A stretch of 40,721 nt of DNA from an uncultured Pseudorhodobacter sp. (GTDB lineage: Bacteria; Pseudomonadota; Alphaproteobacteria; Rhodobacterales; Rhodobacteraceae): the NCBI GenBank assembly GCA_937910975.1, contig CALEMZ010000459.1, positions 1 to 40,721 on the forward strand. The letters are read 5' to 3'. The notes beneath the pieces were generated by a model. That model had not been told where the DNA came from. It worked only from the letters and a program-made list of their open reading frames with translations, and did not search any database. A program made the position numbers and the translations under genes. This document shows, piece after piece, positions 9,245-18,639 of this stretch (the stretch's first letter is position 1; every line of letters begins with the position of its first letter).

Positions 9245-10066
9245 GTGACCAACATTCCCGTGAACCGCCGCACCTTCCTGACGTTGACTGGCTCCACCCT
9301 GCTTGGGGCCTGCGTTAGCCCTGAGATGACGATCCTCACCCCTGCTTTCATCGAAGGCTATGGCCCGATCTATGACAGCGGCTATTCGCTGCAAGGTGTG
9401 CCTGTCGAATATTTGCAAGGCGTGAACCGTCGCATCACGGGCACGTATCTGGGCGAGCAGCCCGTCGGCACCATTGATGTCGATCCCTATGCCAAATTTC
9501 TATACTTTGTGCGCGAAGGCGCAAATTCCGTGCGGTTTCCCATCGGGGCAGGCCGCGCCGGGCGCAGCTTTAGCGGCGACGGCACGATTGAGGTGAAAAA
9601 GAAGTGGCCGGGCTGGACGCCGACCAAAAACATGCTGCGTACCGAGCCCGAGATTTACGGCCCCTTTGCACGCGGTATTCGCGGCGGTCTGCGCAGCCCT
9701 CTGGGCGCACGCGCGCTTTATCTTTATCGGGGCGGGCGTGATACCTATTACCGGATTCACGGCACCAATGCGCTGGATTCCATTGGCAATTCCAGCTCTG
9801 CTGGTTGTATCCGCATGTTCAACCATGACGTCATCGCACTTTTCGAGATGGTCCCGACAGGCACCCGTGTGCATGTGCGCAGCGAGGAAGAGTCGCTGCG
9901 TGTGGACCCGGAAAACTTCAACCGCGGCGTTGAAGTGCCTGCCCGTCAGGTGGACCCTGACTTGATTTACAGCGAAGAGGCGATAGCCAACGACCCGCCT
10001 CCGGTTTTCGACGATCCGCGCGACGGCTTGGTGCCGGGCTCGGATGAGGCGAACGTACCGCTCTAA
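9245..10066 (+). CDS. L,D-transpeptidase (YkuD family), probable Tat-exported lipoprotein
   Basis: NRRTFL twin-arginine motif, LGAC lipobox, PLGARALYL, HGT...SSAGCIRM. Confidence 0.92.
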   Translation: MTNIPVNRRTFLTLTGSTLLGACVSPEMTILTPAFIEGYGPIYDSGYSLQGVPVEYLQGVNRRITGTYLGEQPVGTIDVDPYAKFLYFVREGANSVRFPIGAGRAGRSFSGDGTIEVKKKWPGWTPTKNMLRTEPEIYGPFARGIRGGLRSPLGARALYLYRGGRDTYYRIHGTNALDSIGNSSSAGCIRMFNHDVIALFEMVPTGTRVHVRSEEESLRVDPENFNRGVEVPARQVDPDLIYSEEAIANDPPPVFDDPRDGLVPGSDEANVPL

Positions 10067-10085
10067 GGATTGCTGGTGCCACGGG

Positions 10086-10430
10086 TTAGAGCCGGATCAC
10101 ATAGTCTTTGACCGTGGTTTCCAGAACCTCCCACGTGCCTTCAAATCCGGGACGGATGATCCAACTGTCACCTGCGCGCAGGGTCACGGTTTTGCCCGTC
10201 TGATCGGTCAGCACCGACACGCCCTGCAAAATCCGGATATATTCCCATTCCGCATAGGATATCCGCCATTTGCCGGGGGTGGATTGCCAGATGCCACAAT
10301 AAAGCCCGTCCTTGTCCTCGATGTTCCACGTCGTATGCACCGGGTCGCCAGAGATCAGCTTATCTGCGGTGGGGCGTTCAACCTCAGGTGTGATGTCGGT
10401 AGGGGCGACGGGAAGAAGATGCAGGGTCAT
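10086..10430 (-). CDS. Cupin_3 (DUF861/EutQ-like) protein
   Basis: GIWQSTPGKW...EYIRILQG...AGDSWIIRPGFEGTWEV. Confidence 0.85.
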   Translation of the reverse strand: MTLHLLPVAPTDITPEVERPTADKLISGDPVHTTWNIEDKDGLYCGIWQSTPGKWRISYAEWEYIRILQGVSVLTDQTGKTVTLRAGDSWIIRPGFEGTWEVLETTVKDYVIRL

Positions 10431-10611
10431 GGGAACCGTTTCTTGAAAGGTGACGTTGCCGCCGAAGTCAACGCAGCAGCTGCACCAAGGTCAAGCCCAA
10501 TCTGACAAGGGTTTTGGTGTCGCGCCGCCCCGAAAATATTCTTGCTGGTGCGGCAAGGGGCAGGGCGGTATAAGGGGCAAACCATTCCTCTTGCAGGAGA
10601 ACAAGAGAGAC

Positions 10612-11451
10612 ATGAGCGCCAACGCCCCCGTTCGCCCGACCCTTCCGGTCGATATTCTGGCCCGTAAAGGGGGGAAGTCGCTGGTCTGTCTGACCGCTTA
10701 TACCACCCCCGTTGCCCGTTTGGTGGACCCGCATTGCGATGTGGTGCTGGTGGGCGATAGCGTGGGTATGGTGCTGCATGGCCTGCCCTCGACGCTTGGC
10801 GTGACGATGGAGATGATGATCTTGCATGGTCAGGCCGTGATGCGCGGCAACGCGCAGGCGATGGCGGTGATCGACATGCCCTTCGGCAGTTATGAGGAAA
10901 GTCCCCAACAAGCCTTTCGCAACGCCAGTCGCCTTATGGCGGAAACCGGTGCGCCGGCGGTCAAGCTGGAAGGTGGCGTGCATATGCATGACACCATCGC
11001 GTTTCTGACTGCGCGCGGGGTGCCGGTGATGGCGCATATTGGCCTGACGCCGCAATCGGTGAACACGCTGGGCGGCTACAAGGTTGTGGGGCGCGATGCC
11101 GATGCCGCCCGTGTTATGGCCGATGCCGAGGCAGTGCAGGCCGCGGGGGCCTTCTCGGTCGTGTTAGAAAAGACGCCCGAAGGCCTTTCGTCGCGCATTA
11201 CCCAAACGTTGACAATCCCAACGATCGGGATCGGGGCCGGGGTGCATTGCGATGGGCAGATTTTGGTGATCGACGACATGCTCGGCCTGTTCACTGATTT
11301 CCGCCCGAAATTCGTGAAACGTTACGCCAATCTGGGTGAGACCGCATCAGAGGCGATTGCAGATTATGCCGCCGAGGTGCGCGCACGCAGCTTTCCGGGG
11401 CCGGAACATTCCTTTGCCGATGTGCTGCCCGCCAAAGGCACCAATAAGTGA
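10612..11451 (+). CDS. panB: 3-methyl-2-oxobutanoate hydroxymethyltransferase
   Basis: LTAY, LVGDS, DMPFGSY, VKLEGG, HIGLTPQ, IGIGAG. Confidence 0.96.
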   Translation: MSANAPVRPTLPVDILARKGGKSLVCLTAYTTPVARLVDPHCDVVLVGDSVGMVLHGLPSTLGVTMEMMILHGQAVMRGNAQAMAVIDMPFGSYEESPQQAFRNASRLMAETGAPAVKLEGGVHMHDTIAFLTARGVPVMAHIGLTPQSVNTLGGYKVVGRDADAARVMADAEAVQAAGAFSVVLEKTPEGLSSRITQTLTIPTIGIGAGVHCDGQILVIDDMLGLFTDFRPKFVKRYANLGETASEAIADYAAEVRARSFPGPEHSFADVLPAKGTNK

Positions 11452-12290
11452 TGCCGCGCATTTTGCGTGATGTGGCCGCCCTGCGCGAGGTTGTGGCAGG
11501 CTGGAAGGCGGCGGGCGAGGCGGTGGGCGTGGTGCCAACCATGGGCGCGCTGCACGACGGGCATCTGAGCCTTGTGCGGGCCGCGAAGCAAGATTGCGCG
11601 CGGGTGATTGTCACGATCTTCGTCAATCCCAAGCAATTCAACAACCCCGATGACTTGTTGAAATATCCACGCACCGAAGCGGAAGATGCAGCCCTTCTGG
11701 CCCCGCTGGGCGTGGACGTGATCTTTGCGCCACCGCCGGAGGAGGTTTATCCCGAGGGGTTTGCCACCATGGTTTCCGTGGCAGGAATTTCCGGGCCTTT
11801 GGAGGGCGCGCATCGCCCCGGGCATTTTGATGGCGTGGCCACGGTCGTGGCCAAACTTTTTGGGATGACGCAAGCGGATTGCGCCTATTTCGGGCAAAAG
11901 GATTGGCAACAATTGCAGGTCGTACAACGGCTTGCGGCCGACCTGAACCTAGCGGTGAAGGTGACGGGTTGTGAGACGATCCGCGAGGCGGATGGGCTTG
12001 CCATGTCTTCGCGCAATGCGCGGCTCTCGGCAGAGGCGCGGGCCAAGGCCCCGGCGCTGCACGCGGCGATGCAGCGCGCCGCCGCTGGGATCCGGGGCGG
12101 AGCGTTGGTTTCGACCGCGATGAAGGCCGCGCGGGCCGAAGTGCTGGCGGCGGGGTTTGACGAAGTGGAATATATCGAACTGCGCTCAGCCGCGATGCTG
12201 GAACGCGTCTCCACCTTGAAAGCGCCCGCGCGGATGTTGGCGGCGGCGATGATTGGCGGTGTGCGCCTGATCGACAATATCGCGGTCTGA
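11451..12290 (+). CDS. panC: Pantoate--beta-alanine ligase
   Basis: [40 protein letters not shown]; TGATG overlap with panB. Confidence 0.96.
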   Translation: MPRILRDVAALREVVAGWKAAGEAVGVVPTMGALHDGHLSLVRAAKQDCARVIVTIFVNPKQFNNPDDLLKYPRTEAEDAALLAPLGVDVIFAPPPEEVYPEGFATMVSVAGISGPLEGAHRPGHFDGVATVVAKLFGMTQADCAYFGQKDWQQLQVVQRLAADLNLAVKVTGCETIREADGLAMSSRNARLSAEARAKAPALHAAMQRAAAGIRGGALVSTAMKAARAEVLAAGFDEVEYIELRSAAMLERVSTLKAPARMLAAAMIGGVRLIDNIAV

Positions 12291-12305
12291 GGTCAGGCCT
12301 AAATT

Positions 12306-12356
12306 TCGCGTCGAAAAACCCTGTTTACGACGCGAGTATTTTTACAAAGATGAAAT
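12306..12356 (+). terminator. Hairpin + T-rich repeat tail between convergent panC and M20 gene (repeat copy 2)
   Basis: TCGCGTCG(12306-13)/CGACGCGA(12328-35) stem followed by GTATTTTTACAAAGATGAAAT. Confidence 0.65.
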
Positions 12357-13636
12357 CAGGTGGGCAGCAGGTCCGCCAGTACCAGCGCCATGACCTTGGC
12401 GCTGTCTTCCATGTCTTGAATCCCAATCCATTCGTCGGGCTGGTGGGCCAGATGCAGCAGCCCCGGACCGTAAGCGATGCAGTTTTTCAACCGCCCGATC
12501 CGGTCGATGTGTTTTTGGTCATAGGTGCCGGGAGAGACGACGTAATTGGCCACTTTCGCCAGCACGCGCTCAATCGCGGCGGCGGTGGAGCGGACGATGG
12601 GGGCGTTTTGGTCGGTCATGATGGGTTGCACTTCGAAGAGGTCGCGGACCTCATAGGAAAAGCCGGGGCGCCGGGCTTTGACGCGTTCCAGTACATCGGT
12701 GATTTCCTGTTTCACCTGTGCCACGTCTTCCTCAATCAAAAAGCGCCGGTCGATGATGATGCGGCAGCGATCTGCCACGCAGGGCGCGGGCAGGCCGGTA
12801 TAGCCGGGTTCAGGCTCCGCCTCGCCGCCATGGATGGAATTGATGTTCAGCGTGGATTGCCGCGCCCCTTCGGGAACCACCGGCATTTCAGTTTGTTTCT
12901 CGGCCAGAAGCGGGTAGAGCCGTTCTTCTATTTCGGCCAGCACCGCGCCCATATGGCGAATGGCGCTATCGCCCAGAAACGGCATGGAGCCATGCGCGAT
13001 GCGGCCATGGGTTTCCACTTCGGCCCACCAGACGCCGCGATGGCCAAGGCAGATGCGGTCTTTGTGCAGCGGCTCGGGGATAATCACATGCTGCACGCGG
13101 TCAGGGTTGAAATAGCCCTGTTCGGCCAGCCACGCCACGCCGCCAAAGCCGCCCGTTTCCTCATCTGCCGTGGCCGAGATTTCAATCGCGCCGTGATAAT
13201 CGGGGTGGGCGGCAATAAACGCCTCCGCCGCGATCACCGAGGCCGCCAGCCCGCCTTTCATATCGCAGGCCCCGCGCCCATAGATGCGGTCACCCTCAAT
13301 CTGCGCCCCAAAGGGGTCGCGCGTCCAGCCATGCCCCGTCTCCACCACATCATGATGGCTGTTGAAATGCACGCAATCGCCGGGTGCGACCCCGTTGCGC
13401 CGCGCGACCATGTTCCAGCGTGGATGCGCCTCGCTATCCCCCGGCGTGCCCTTGGCGCGCAGCAGTTCCACCGTAAAGCCCTGTGCCTCCAGCCGTGCGC
13501 CCATGAACGCGCAAATCTCGTGATAATTCAGCCCCGGCGGGTTCAACGTGGGAATACGGATCAGCGCTTGCGTCAACGCAACCAGATCGGCGCGGCGGCG
13601 GGTGATTTCGTCCATGAGGCGGCTTTGGTTGTGCAT
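12356..13636 (-). CDS. M20 ArgE/DapE-family deacylase
   Basis: FNSHHDVV, GRGACDMKGG, ADEETGG, IIPEP, AHQPDE metal ligands. Confidence 0.9.
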   Translation of the reverse strand: MHNQSRLMDEITRRRADLVALTQALIRIPTLNPPGLNYHEICAFMGARLEAQGFTVELLRAKGTPGDSEAHPRWNMVARRNGVAPGDCVHFNSHHDVVETGHGWTRDPFGAQIEGDRIYGRGACDMKGGLAASVIAAEAFIAAHPDYHGAIEISATADEETGGFGGVAWLAEQGYFNPDRVQHVIIPEPLHKDRICLGHRGVWWAEVETHGRIAHGSMPFLGDSAIRHMGAVLAEIEERLYPLLAEKQTEMPVVPEGARQSTLNINSIHGGEAEPEPGYTGLPAPCVADRCRIIIDRRFLIEEDVAQVKQEITDVLERVKARRPGFSYEVRDLFEVQPIMTDQNAPIVRSTAAAIERVLAKVANYVVSPGTYDQKHIDRIGRLKNCIAYGPGLLHLAHQPDEWIGIQDMEDSAKVMALVLADLLPT

Positions 13637-13763
13637 GGCGCAGCTTAGCCCCGCATTTCGCCTGCTCGCAAGGATGGAAAGAATTGCATTTCCCGGCCCC
13701 CTGTCGCAATTTAGTGGCAATCAAGGGCGATCCCCTGCGGCGGTGAATTTTCGCGGTGGGGGG

Positions 13764-13792
13764 CTGGAATGATCCGCAACCCTCACCCATAT
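13764..13792 (+). promoter_or_regulatory. Putative sigma32 (RpoH)-type promoter of the AAA operon
   Basis: CTGGAA-N15-ACCCATAT versus consensus CTTGAA-N13-17-CCCCATnT, ending 28 nt before ATG 13821. Confidence 0.55.
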
Positions 13793-13820
13793 GTTACATG
13801 TATTTACATCGGAGACCAGC

Positions 13821-14894
13821 ATGGCAGATTTCGACAGCAAGATCCGCGAAAGCCAGGATCAGGTGGCAAAGGCGCAAGTCAAGATCACAGAGATTACCAG
13901 CCGTATCGAAGCCGCCCGCGCCAAGCTTGAGGCGGGCGAGGCAGCGATTGATGTGGAAAATGCCTCGCTGGACGATGTGCATAAGCACACCGATTTGATG
14001 AACGCCAATATCGCCGATCTCATCATGGGGTTGGATGATGTGACCGCAGGTTTCAGCCGTGATTTCGATGAAATGCGCAGCAAAACCGGGATGGAAAGCT
14101 TTATTGGCGTCTTTTCCAATGCCAAGTCAGAATCGATGCGGCAAGAGCGTATGCGCTCGGCCTCCATCGACGACAAGTTGCAGGATCTGATCGGTAAATC
14201 CGACATCATCGTTATGCTGTTGCAAGGCCAGTTGGACATGCTGAACCAGCAAAAAAACAGCGTGGAAAGCAACCTGACCGGCACGCTGGATGAACGCGAA
14301 GCCACCGTGGGCAGCCTTGAATCCGCCCGCGCTGAGATTCTCGCGATGGACCCCAAGATCATTACGCTGGAAAACAAGATCAGCGTCGAGCAAGACGCCG
14401 CCACCCGCACCAAGCTGGAAAGTGAATTGGCCGCGCTGAACATGCGCTACAACGCTTTGGTGCAGGATGAACAGGTCATGCTTGCCAAATCCCAGACCTT
14501 GGAGCGCTATATCGAGAAGGGCAAAACCTGGATGGACAGCCTGCAAAATCAGGCCGCTACCCAGATGGTTCTGATCAACAAGCTGCAAACCGATACCAAG
14601 CAGCGCGTGGTGCTTTATGATGCACTGACCTCCAGCCTTAAAACCGCGCAGCAGCAGGATGTGGCGCACCGGATCAACGAGATCGGCGTGAAGACGGATC
14701 AAGAGGCACAGGCCGCGATGGCCGCCATTGGCACCGCGACCAATCAACGGATGGCCGATATGATGGAGGCGCATGAGGATCATATGGTCTTTGCCCGCAA
14801 GGTGCTGGAGGCCAAGGCCAAGGCGGATGAACGTTTTGCCCGCCGCTTCGCCGCGATTGTCGAGAAACACGACAAGAACCAATACGGCGGCTGA
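13821..14894 (+). CDS. Long coiled-coil protein, TelA-like architecture
   Basis: GGAG RBS; 357 aa, heptad-rich, a single Pro; central amphipathic KTGMESFIGVFS segment; LINKLQT...QQQDVA recalls TelA (by eye only). Confidence 0.8.
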   Translation: MADFDSKIRESQDQVAKAQVKITEITSRIEAARAKLEAGEAAIDVENASLDDVHKHTDLMNANIADLIMGLDDVTAGFSRDFDEMRSKTGMESFIGVFSNAKSESMRQERMRSASIDDKLQDLIGKSDIIVMLLQGQLDMLNQQKNSVESNLTGTLDEREATVGSLESARAEILAMDPKIITLENKISVEQDAATRTKLESELAALNMRYNALVQDEQVMLAKSQTLERYIEKGKTWMDSLQNQAATQMVLINKLQTDTKQRVVLYDALTSSLKTAQQQDVAHRINEIGVKTDQEAQAAMAAIGTATNQRMADMMEAHEDHMVFARKVLEAKAKADERFARRFAAIVEKHDKNQYGG

Positions 14895-14895
14895 C

Positions 14896-15141
14896 ATGCG
14901 CCGTTTTCTGCGTGGAACAATACGGATACTGGACGTCATCTATGTCATGTTCTTTGGTGCCGGGGATCGTTGGTCCGTATGGATCATCGTCATGGCGATG
15001 CTGGGCGCGCTTTTCCTCACCAGCCAAACCGACGGGTTTACCGACGCACCAACCCGCGCCGAGCTGGTGTTTTTGGCGGTTTTCATCGGCATTTCGGGTA
15101 TCGGTGTCTATGTCCGCCGTAAAAGGAAAGAGGAAGAGTGA
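14896..15141 (+). CDS. Small membrane protein (81 aa, about 2 TM)
   Basis: ATG 1 nt after the upstream stop; hydrophobic WSVWIIVMAMLGALFL and LVFLAVFIGISGIGVYV; basic tail; GTGA overlap with the next gene. Confidence 0.7.
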   Translation: MRRFLRGTIRILDVIYVMFFGAGDRWSVWIIVMAMLGALFLTSQTDGFTDAPTRAELVFLAVFIGISGIGVYVRRKRKEEE

Positions 15142-16262
15142 CCAACCTCACCGATGATCACGCCGAGCTTTACGATACAGGCATCGTGCGCCGGTATTTC
15201 GCCAAGTTTGACCAGATCACCACCCATCTGGGCCGGGTCGCGGCAGAGCTGGAAACCGAAGGCCATCTGACAAAAGCCGAGGCGCGTATCATTGGCGGCT
15301 ATGTGCTGCGGCTCAACACCACGTTTCAGTCGTTGGCGTATAAATACCTGATGACCGGGCGCATTGACGGGCCGCTGCCCGGTAAGCTGACGTTTGATCG
15401 CCATGAAAGCGGTTTTCCGATTGCGCAAGAATTGTTGGTCATGGCCAATGACGCGCAGCAGGCCGACAAGCACCTCGCGCAACTACCACCTGAGGCCGAA
15501 ATCAAGGATGCGATGATCCGCCAGATCGTGGGCGAATTGGCAATCCCGACAAGGCTGCAATTCACCATGTCGCAGCGGCTTTACTATGAAAGCCTGCGCA
15601 ATGGTGGCCAGTTCTGGGCGCGAAATGATGCTGATGTGCTTTGGCTGGGGGAGTCGCCGGCGCGGCGCTCATGGCTTTTGCATTGGGCGGTCTATGACAT
15701 GCAAACCAACCTGCCGGTCATTTACATGATGAACTTGGAAGACAGCAATAAGCACCCTTTGCCCCGCGATGACAGGCGTTGGCCGCAGGTGCAGGCGCAT
15801 CTGATGGCGCAATCTTTGGGCGGGCTGAAACTCGTCACCATTGCCAAGGGTTTCGATACCGATTTTGAGGACCTGCACCCAAAACGTCTGCGCCGCATCC
15901 ACCTTGGCCCGATGTATTCCAGCAGCTTCACCCTGCAATCGGGGCCGATATCTGAGGTGCTGGCCGATGCGCGGCCTGAACCCGGCAGTGATTGGGCGCT
16001 GGTCTGGACCGTGGAGGATCTGCTGGCCGAGCGTGAGGAAACCGTGAAAACGGGTTGGTTCTCCAGCGCCGAACGGCAGATTTTTGCCTCCAGCCCGTTT
16101 GCTGGCAAAACACTGGCCGATATTGGGGCAACCTCTCTGGAACGCATGATCGTTCTGCCCGAACGTCCCTTTCAGGCACTGGTCGAAAAACGCCCGCCGG
16201 GCTTTGCCGACATTCGCAAATTCGTGGTGGGCGCGGGTGGCCGCGTCATTCCGCAACGCTGA
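15138..16262 (+). CDS. Soluble hypothetical protein (374 aa)
   Basis: GTG start after AGGA/GAGG; long ORF with typical codon bias; no motif recognised. Confidence 0.85.
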   Translation: MTNLTDDHAELYDTGIVRRYFAKFDQITTHLGRVAAELETEGHLTKAEARIIGGYVLRLNTTFQSLAYKYLMTGRIDGPLPGKLTFDRHESGFPIAQELLVMANDAQQADKHLAQLPPEAEIKDAMIRQIVGELAIPTRLQFTMSQRLYYESLRNGGQFWARNDADVLWLGESPARRSWLLHWAVYDMQTNLPVIYMMNLEDSNKHPLPRDDRRWPQVQAHLMAQSLGGLKLVTIAKGFDTDFEDLHPKRLRRIHLGPMYSSSFTLQSGPISEVLADARPEPGSDWALVWTVEDLLAEREETVKTGWFSSAERQIFASSPFAGKTLADIGATSLERMIVLPERPFQALVEKRPPGFADIRKFVVGAGGRVIPQR

Positions 16263-16286
16263 GTTTTAACGATAAGGACCTTTGCC

Positions 16287-18224
16287 ATGGCGACCCGTGA
16301 CACGATGGAATTGCGCGAAGACGATATCAAATCGCACTACCTTGCCGCGACCGAGATGCTGATGGGTATTGACCATACGCCGCGCATCGGCACCGCCCGC
16401 TATTCCGTCACCGCGCCCGAGAAATCACCGGGTGTGGCCGCCATGGGCCGCCGTTTCCGCTCCACCACCCCCGGCCTCGTTACCCGTTCTACCGCGCGGG
16501 CCGAAGGCGTGCGGCTTATGGACCGGATCGCGGAAAAGGATGAGGATGACCCGCTTACCTCCCCCGTTCAGGCCGCAGTGAGCCAAGGCTTGCGCCGCGC
16601 ATTGGCGATCGCGCTGGCGGTGGGTGAGCAATACGCCCGCCAGACCCCGCTGACCGAGCTGAAGAAAGCCAATCTCGAAACACGCCTCGCCCCGGAACGC
16701 AAAGCCGAGTTTACCGAGCTGCTGGCCGCCGAGGCGCTGGCCGTGCTTTACACCTTTGGCAATGCCACCGCCTTTCTTCTGGCCCCGCAAGCCACCGAGC
16801 GCAGCGCCGAAATTGGCCCGGTCGAGGAGGTGTTGACCGATAACGCCCCCCTCGCCCTGCACGGCGCGATATGGGAGCTGGACCAAGCCATCGCTGCCCA
16901 TGCCGAGGAGGATGCAAGCCTTGTGGCCACCGTTCTGGCCTATGCCGAACAGCTTATGGCCAAGGTCGCCCTACGTGCTGAATCTGCCCCGCGCCTGTCG
17001 GGCTTCACCGCCGCAAGCTGGCGGGTGGAGGCTGATGGCTTGACCATAGCAGGCTTCAAACCCGCTCTTGCCGCCAAAGGCACGGCGCTGACAATGACCT
17101 TCAAAAAGCCCAATGAGGTCGTGGGCAATCATATCGCCAAGTATCAATCCCTGCGGCTGGCCAAGATGCTTATGGCCTATGATTTTGAGCGCAAGCTGAA
17201 CCCTTTTGCCGAAATGGGCGGCTTTATCTTTACCTTCATGGGCGATGGCGCACCGGGCACGGGGAAAACCACCCTGATCCAGATGATGGCCGGGCTTTTG
17301 AACGATTACTGCAAGGCGGCGGGTTATCCTTTTCGCTATCAGAATTTCTCGATTGACCAGATTGATAGCTATCAGGGTAAATCCGGCCAGAATGCCAAGG
17401 CCTTCATTACCAATGTGCTTGACCCCGCCGTGATCGGTTTTGGCACGATTGATGATATCGACCAGATCGCAGGCAAGCGCGGTGACAAACAATCGTCTGC
17501 GGGCCAGCTAGAGGTGACGGCGGTGTTCATGGAGGCCTTCGCCGGGGCCAATACGGTTGTGCGCGGCAATTGCACCTTTGGCATGTTTTCCAACTACCCC
17601 GAAAACGTCGATGATGCGCTGCGCCAACGCGCCGGCGCGCGGTTTTTGGTCGATGGCCCGCAAACGCGCGAGGATTATATCGACATCCTCGCCCTTCTGA
17701 TGGGCAAAAACCACGCGATCCCGCTGGGCCAGCATGATCTTTACGCAGCCCAAGAAATGAAACGCGCCGTCGCCGCCAGCTTTGAGGGCCATTCCCGCCC
17801 GCATGAGGTAGGGCTGCTCAACGTCTGGGATAAAGTGTCGTCCCAGATCGGCGCGCTTGATACCATTGCCAAACTCGGCACCTATCTGAAGGCGATCCAA
17901 GAGGCAGACGCCCGCTTTACCGGCCGCGCGATCAAGAACATCACCGACGCAGTAAAGGTCCGCGCAATGGATTTTGAACTGCCGGATGCGTGGCTGGAAG
18001 AGCCGGATCTGTTTTTGTTCAAACCCTATGACGAGAAACTGTCGATGATCCGAGGCATGACCCAAAAGATCACCGTTGATATGGTGATCCAGGAAATCAA
18101 CCGCTACGCGGATAGTGAATTCCGATATGCCGATAAATCCGACGAGATCGCGATCCAGAACATGGTCCGCGACTTTGGGCGGCATGAAGAGGCCAAGCGG
18201 CGGTATATGGAGGGGAAGGGGTGA
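16287..18224 (+). CDS. AAA-family ATPase (classical clade) with unknown N-terminal domain
   Basis: Walker A GAPGTGKT, pore loop SYQGKSG, Walker B FGTIDDID, SRH FSNYPENVDDALRQR, lid FTGRAIKNI. Confidence 0.9.
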   Translation: MATRDTMELREDDIKSHYLAATEMLMGIDHTPRIGTARYSVTAPEKSPGVAAMGRRFRSTTPGLVTRSTARAEGVRLMDRIAEKDEDDPLTSPVQAAVSQGLRRALAIALAVGEQYARQTPLTELKKANLETRLAPERKAEFTELLAAEALAVLYTFGNATAFLLAPQATERSAEIGPVEEVLTDNAPLALHGAIWELDQAIAAHAEEDASLVATVLAYAEQLMAKVALRAESAPRLSGFTAASWRVEADGLTIAGFKPALAAKGTALTMTFKKPNEVVGNHIAKYQSLRLAKMLMAYDFERKLNPFAEMGGFIFTFMGDGAPGTGKTTLIQMMAGLLNDYCKAAGYPFRYQNFSIDQIDSYQGKSGQNAKAFITNVLDPAVIGFGTIDDIDQIAGKRGDKQSSAGQLEVTAVFMEAFAGANTVVRGNCTFGMFSNYPENVDDALRQRAGARFLVDGPQTREDYIDILALLMGKNHAIPLGQHDLYAAQEMKRAVAASFEGHSRPHEVGLLNVWDKVSSQIGALDTIAKLGTYLKAIQEADARFTGRAIKNITDAVKVRAMDFELPDAWLEEPDLFLFKPYDEKLSMIRGMTQKITVDMVIQEINRYADSEFRYADKSDEIAIQNMVRDFGRHEEAKRRYMEGKG

Positions 18225-18248
18225 TAAGCGTGACGCATTTGACAAGCG

Positions 18249-18302
18249 CCGGGGGGCTGTCTGCCCCCCGGACCCCCCGAGGATATTTCTCCAAAGAGAA
18301 AG
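18249..18302 (+). repeat. REP-like hairpin + tail inside the AAA operon (repeat copy 3)
   Basis: CCGGGGGGC-TGTCT-GCCCCCCGG stem, then GATATTTCTCCAAAGAGAAAG, similar to the tails at 7566 and 12335. Confidence 0.65.
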
Positions 18303-18324
18303 CGGATTCTGAGGGGGTTTTGGC

Positions 18325-18639
18325 ATGATGACTTACCTCATCATCGCCGCCATTTTCATCGCGGGCTTCGCCTATGTCTTCTTTGTCGTGGTACCCTTCG
18401 TCACCCGCCCTGCCAGCCTGTTTGCTTATGGCCCTGCCCATGCGCGGATGAAGGGAATAATCATCTGTGGCCTCACTGCGTTTGCCTTGTTGTTCTTCTT
18501 CAACCCGGACCATCTGACCACCATCAAACCCCGGTTCTGGGAGGCGTTGGCCCTGACCGGGTTTTCGGCGGTCTTTTGGTTGCCGTGGTATCTTTATGCC
18601 TTCAGCCGCGGCGCCAATGCGGAAAAGGAAAAGCGATGA
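18325..18639 (+). CDS. Small membrane protein (104 aa, about 3 TM)
   Basis: GAGGGG RBS; three hydrophobic segments; ATGA overlap with the next gene. Confidence 0.75.
   Translation: MMTYLIIAAIFIAGFAYVFFVVVPFVTRPASLFAYGPAHARMKGIIICGLTAFALLFFFNPDHLTTIKPRFWEALALTGFSAVFWLPWYLYAFSRGANAEKEKR

Noticed and set aside
10588-10607. CTCTTG/CAAGAG hairpin before panB as a regulatory RNA
   Set aside because: A single 6-bp stem is too weak; no tandem hairpins or terminator seen.
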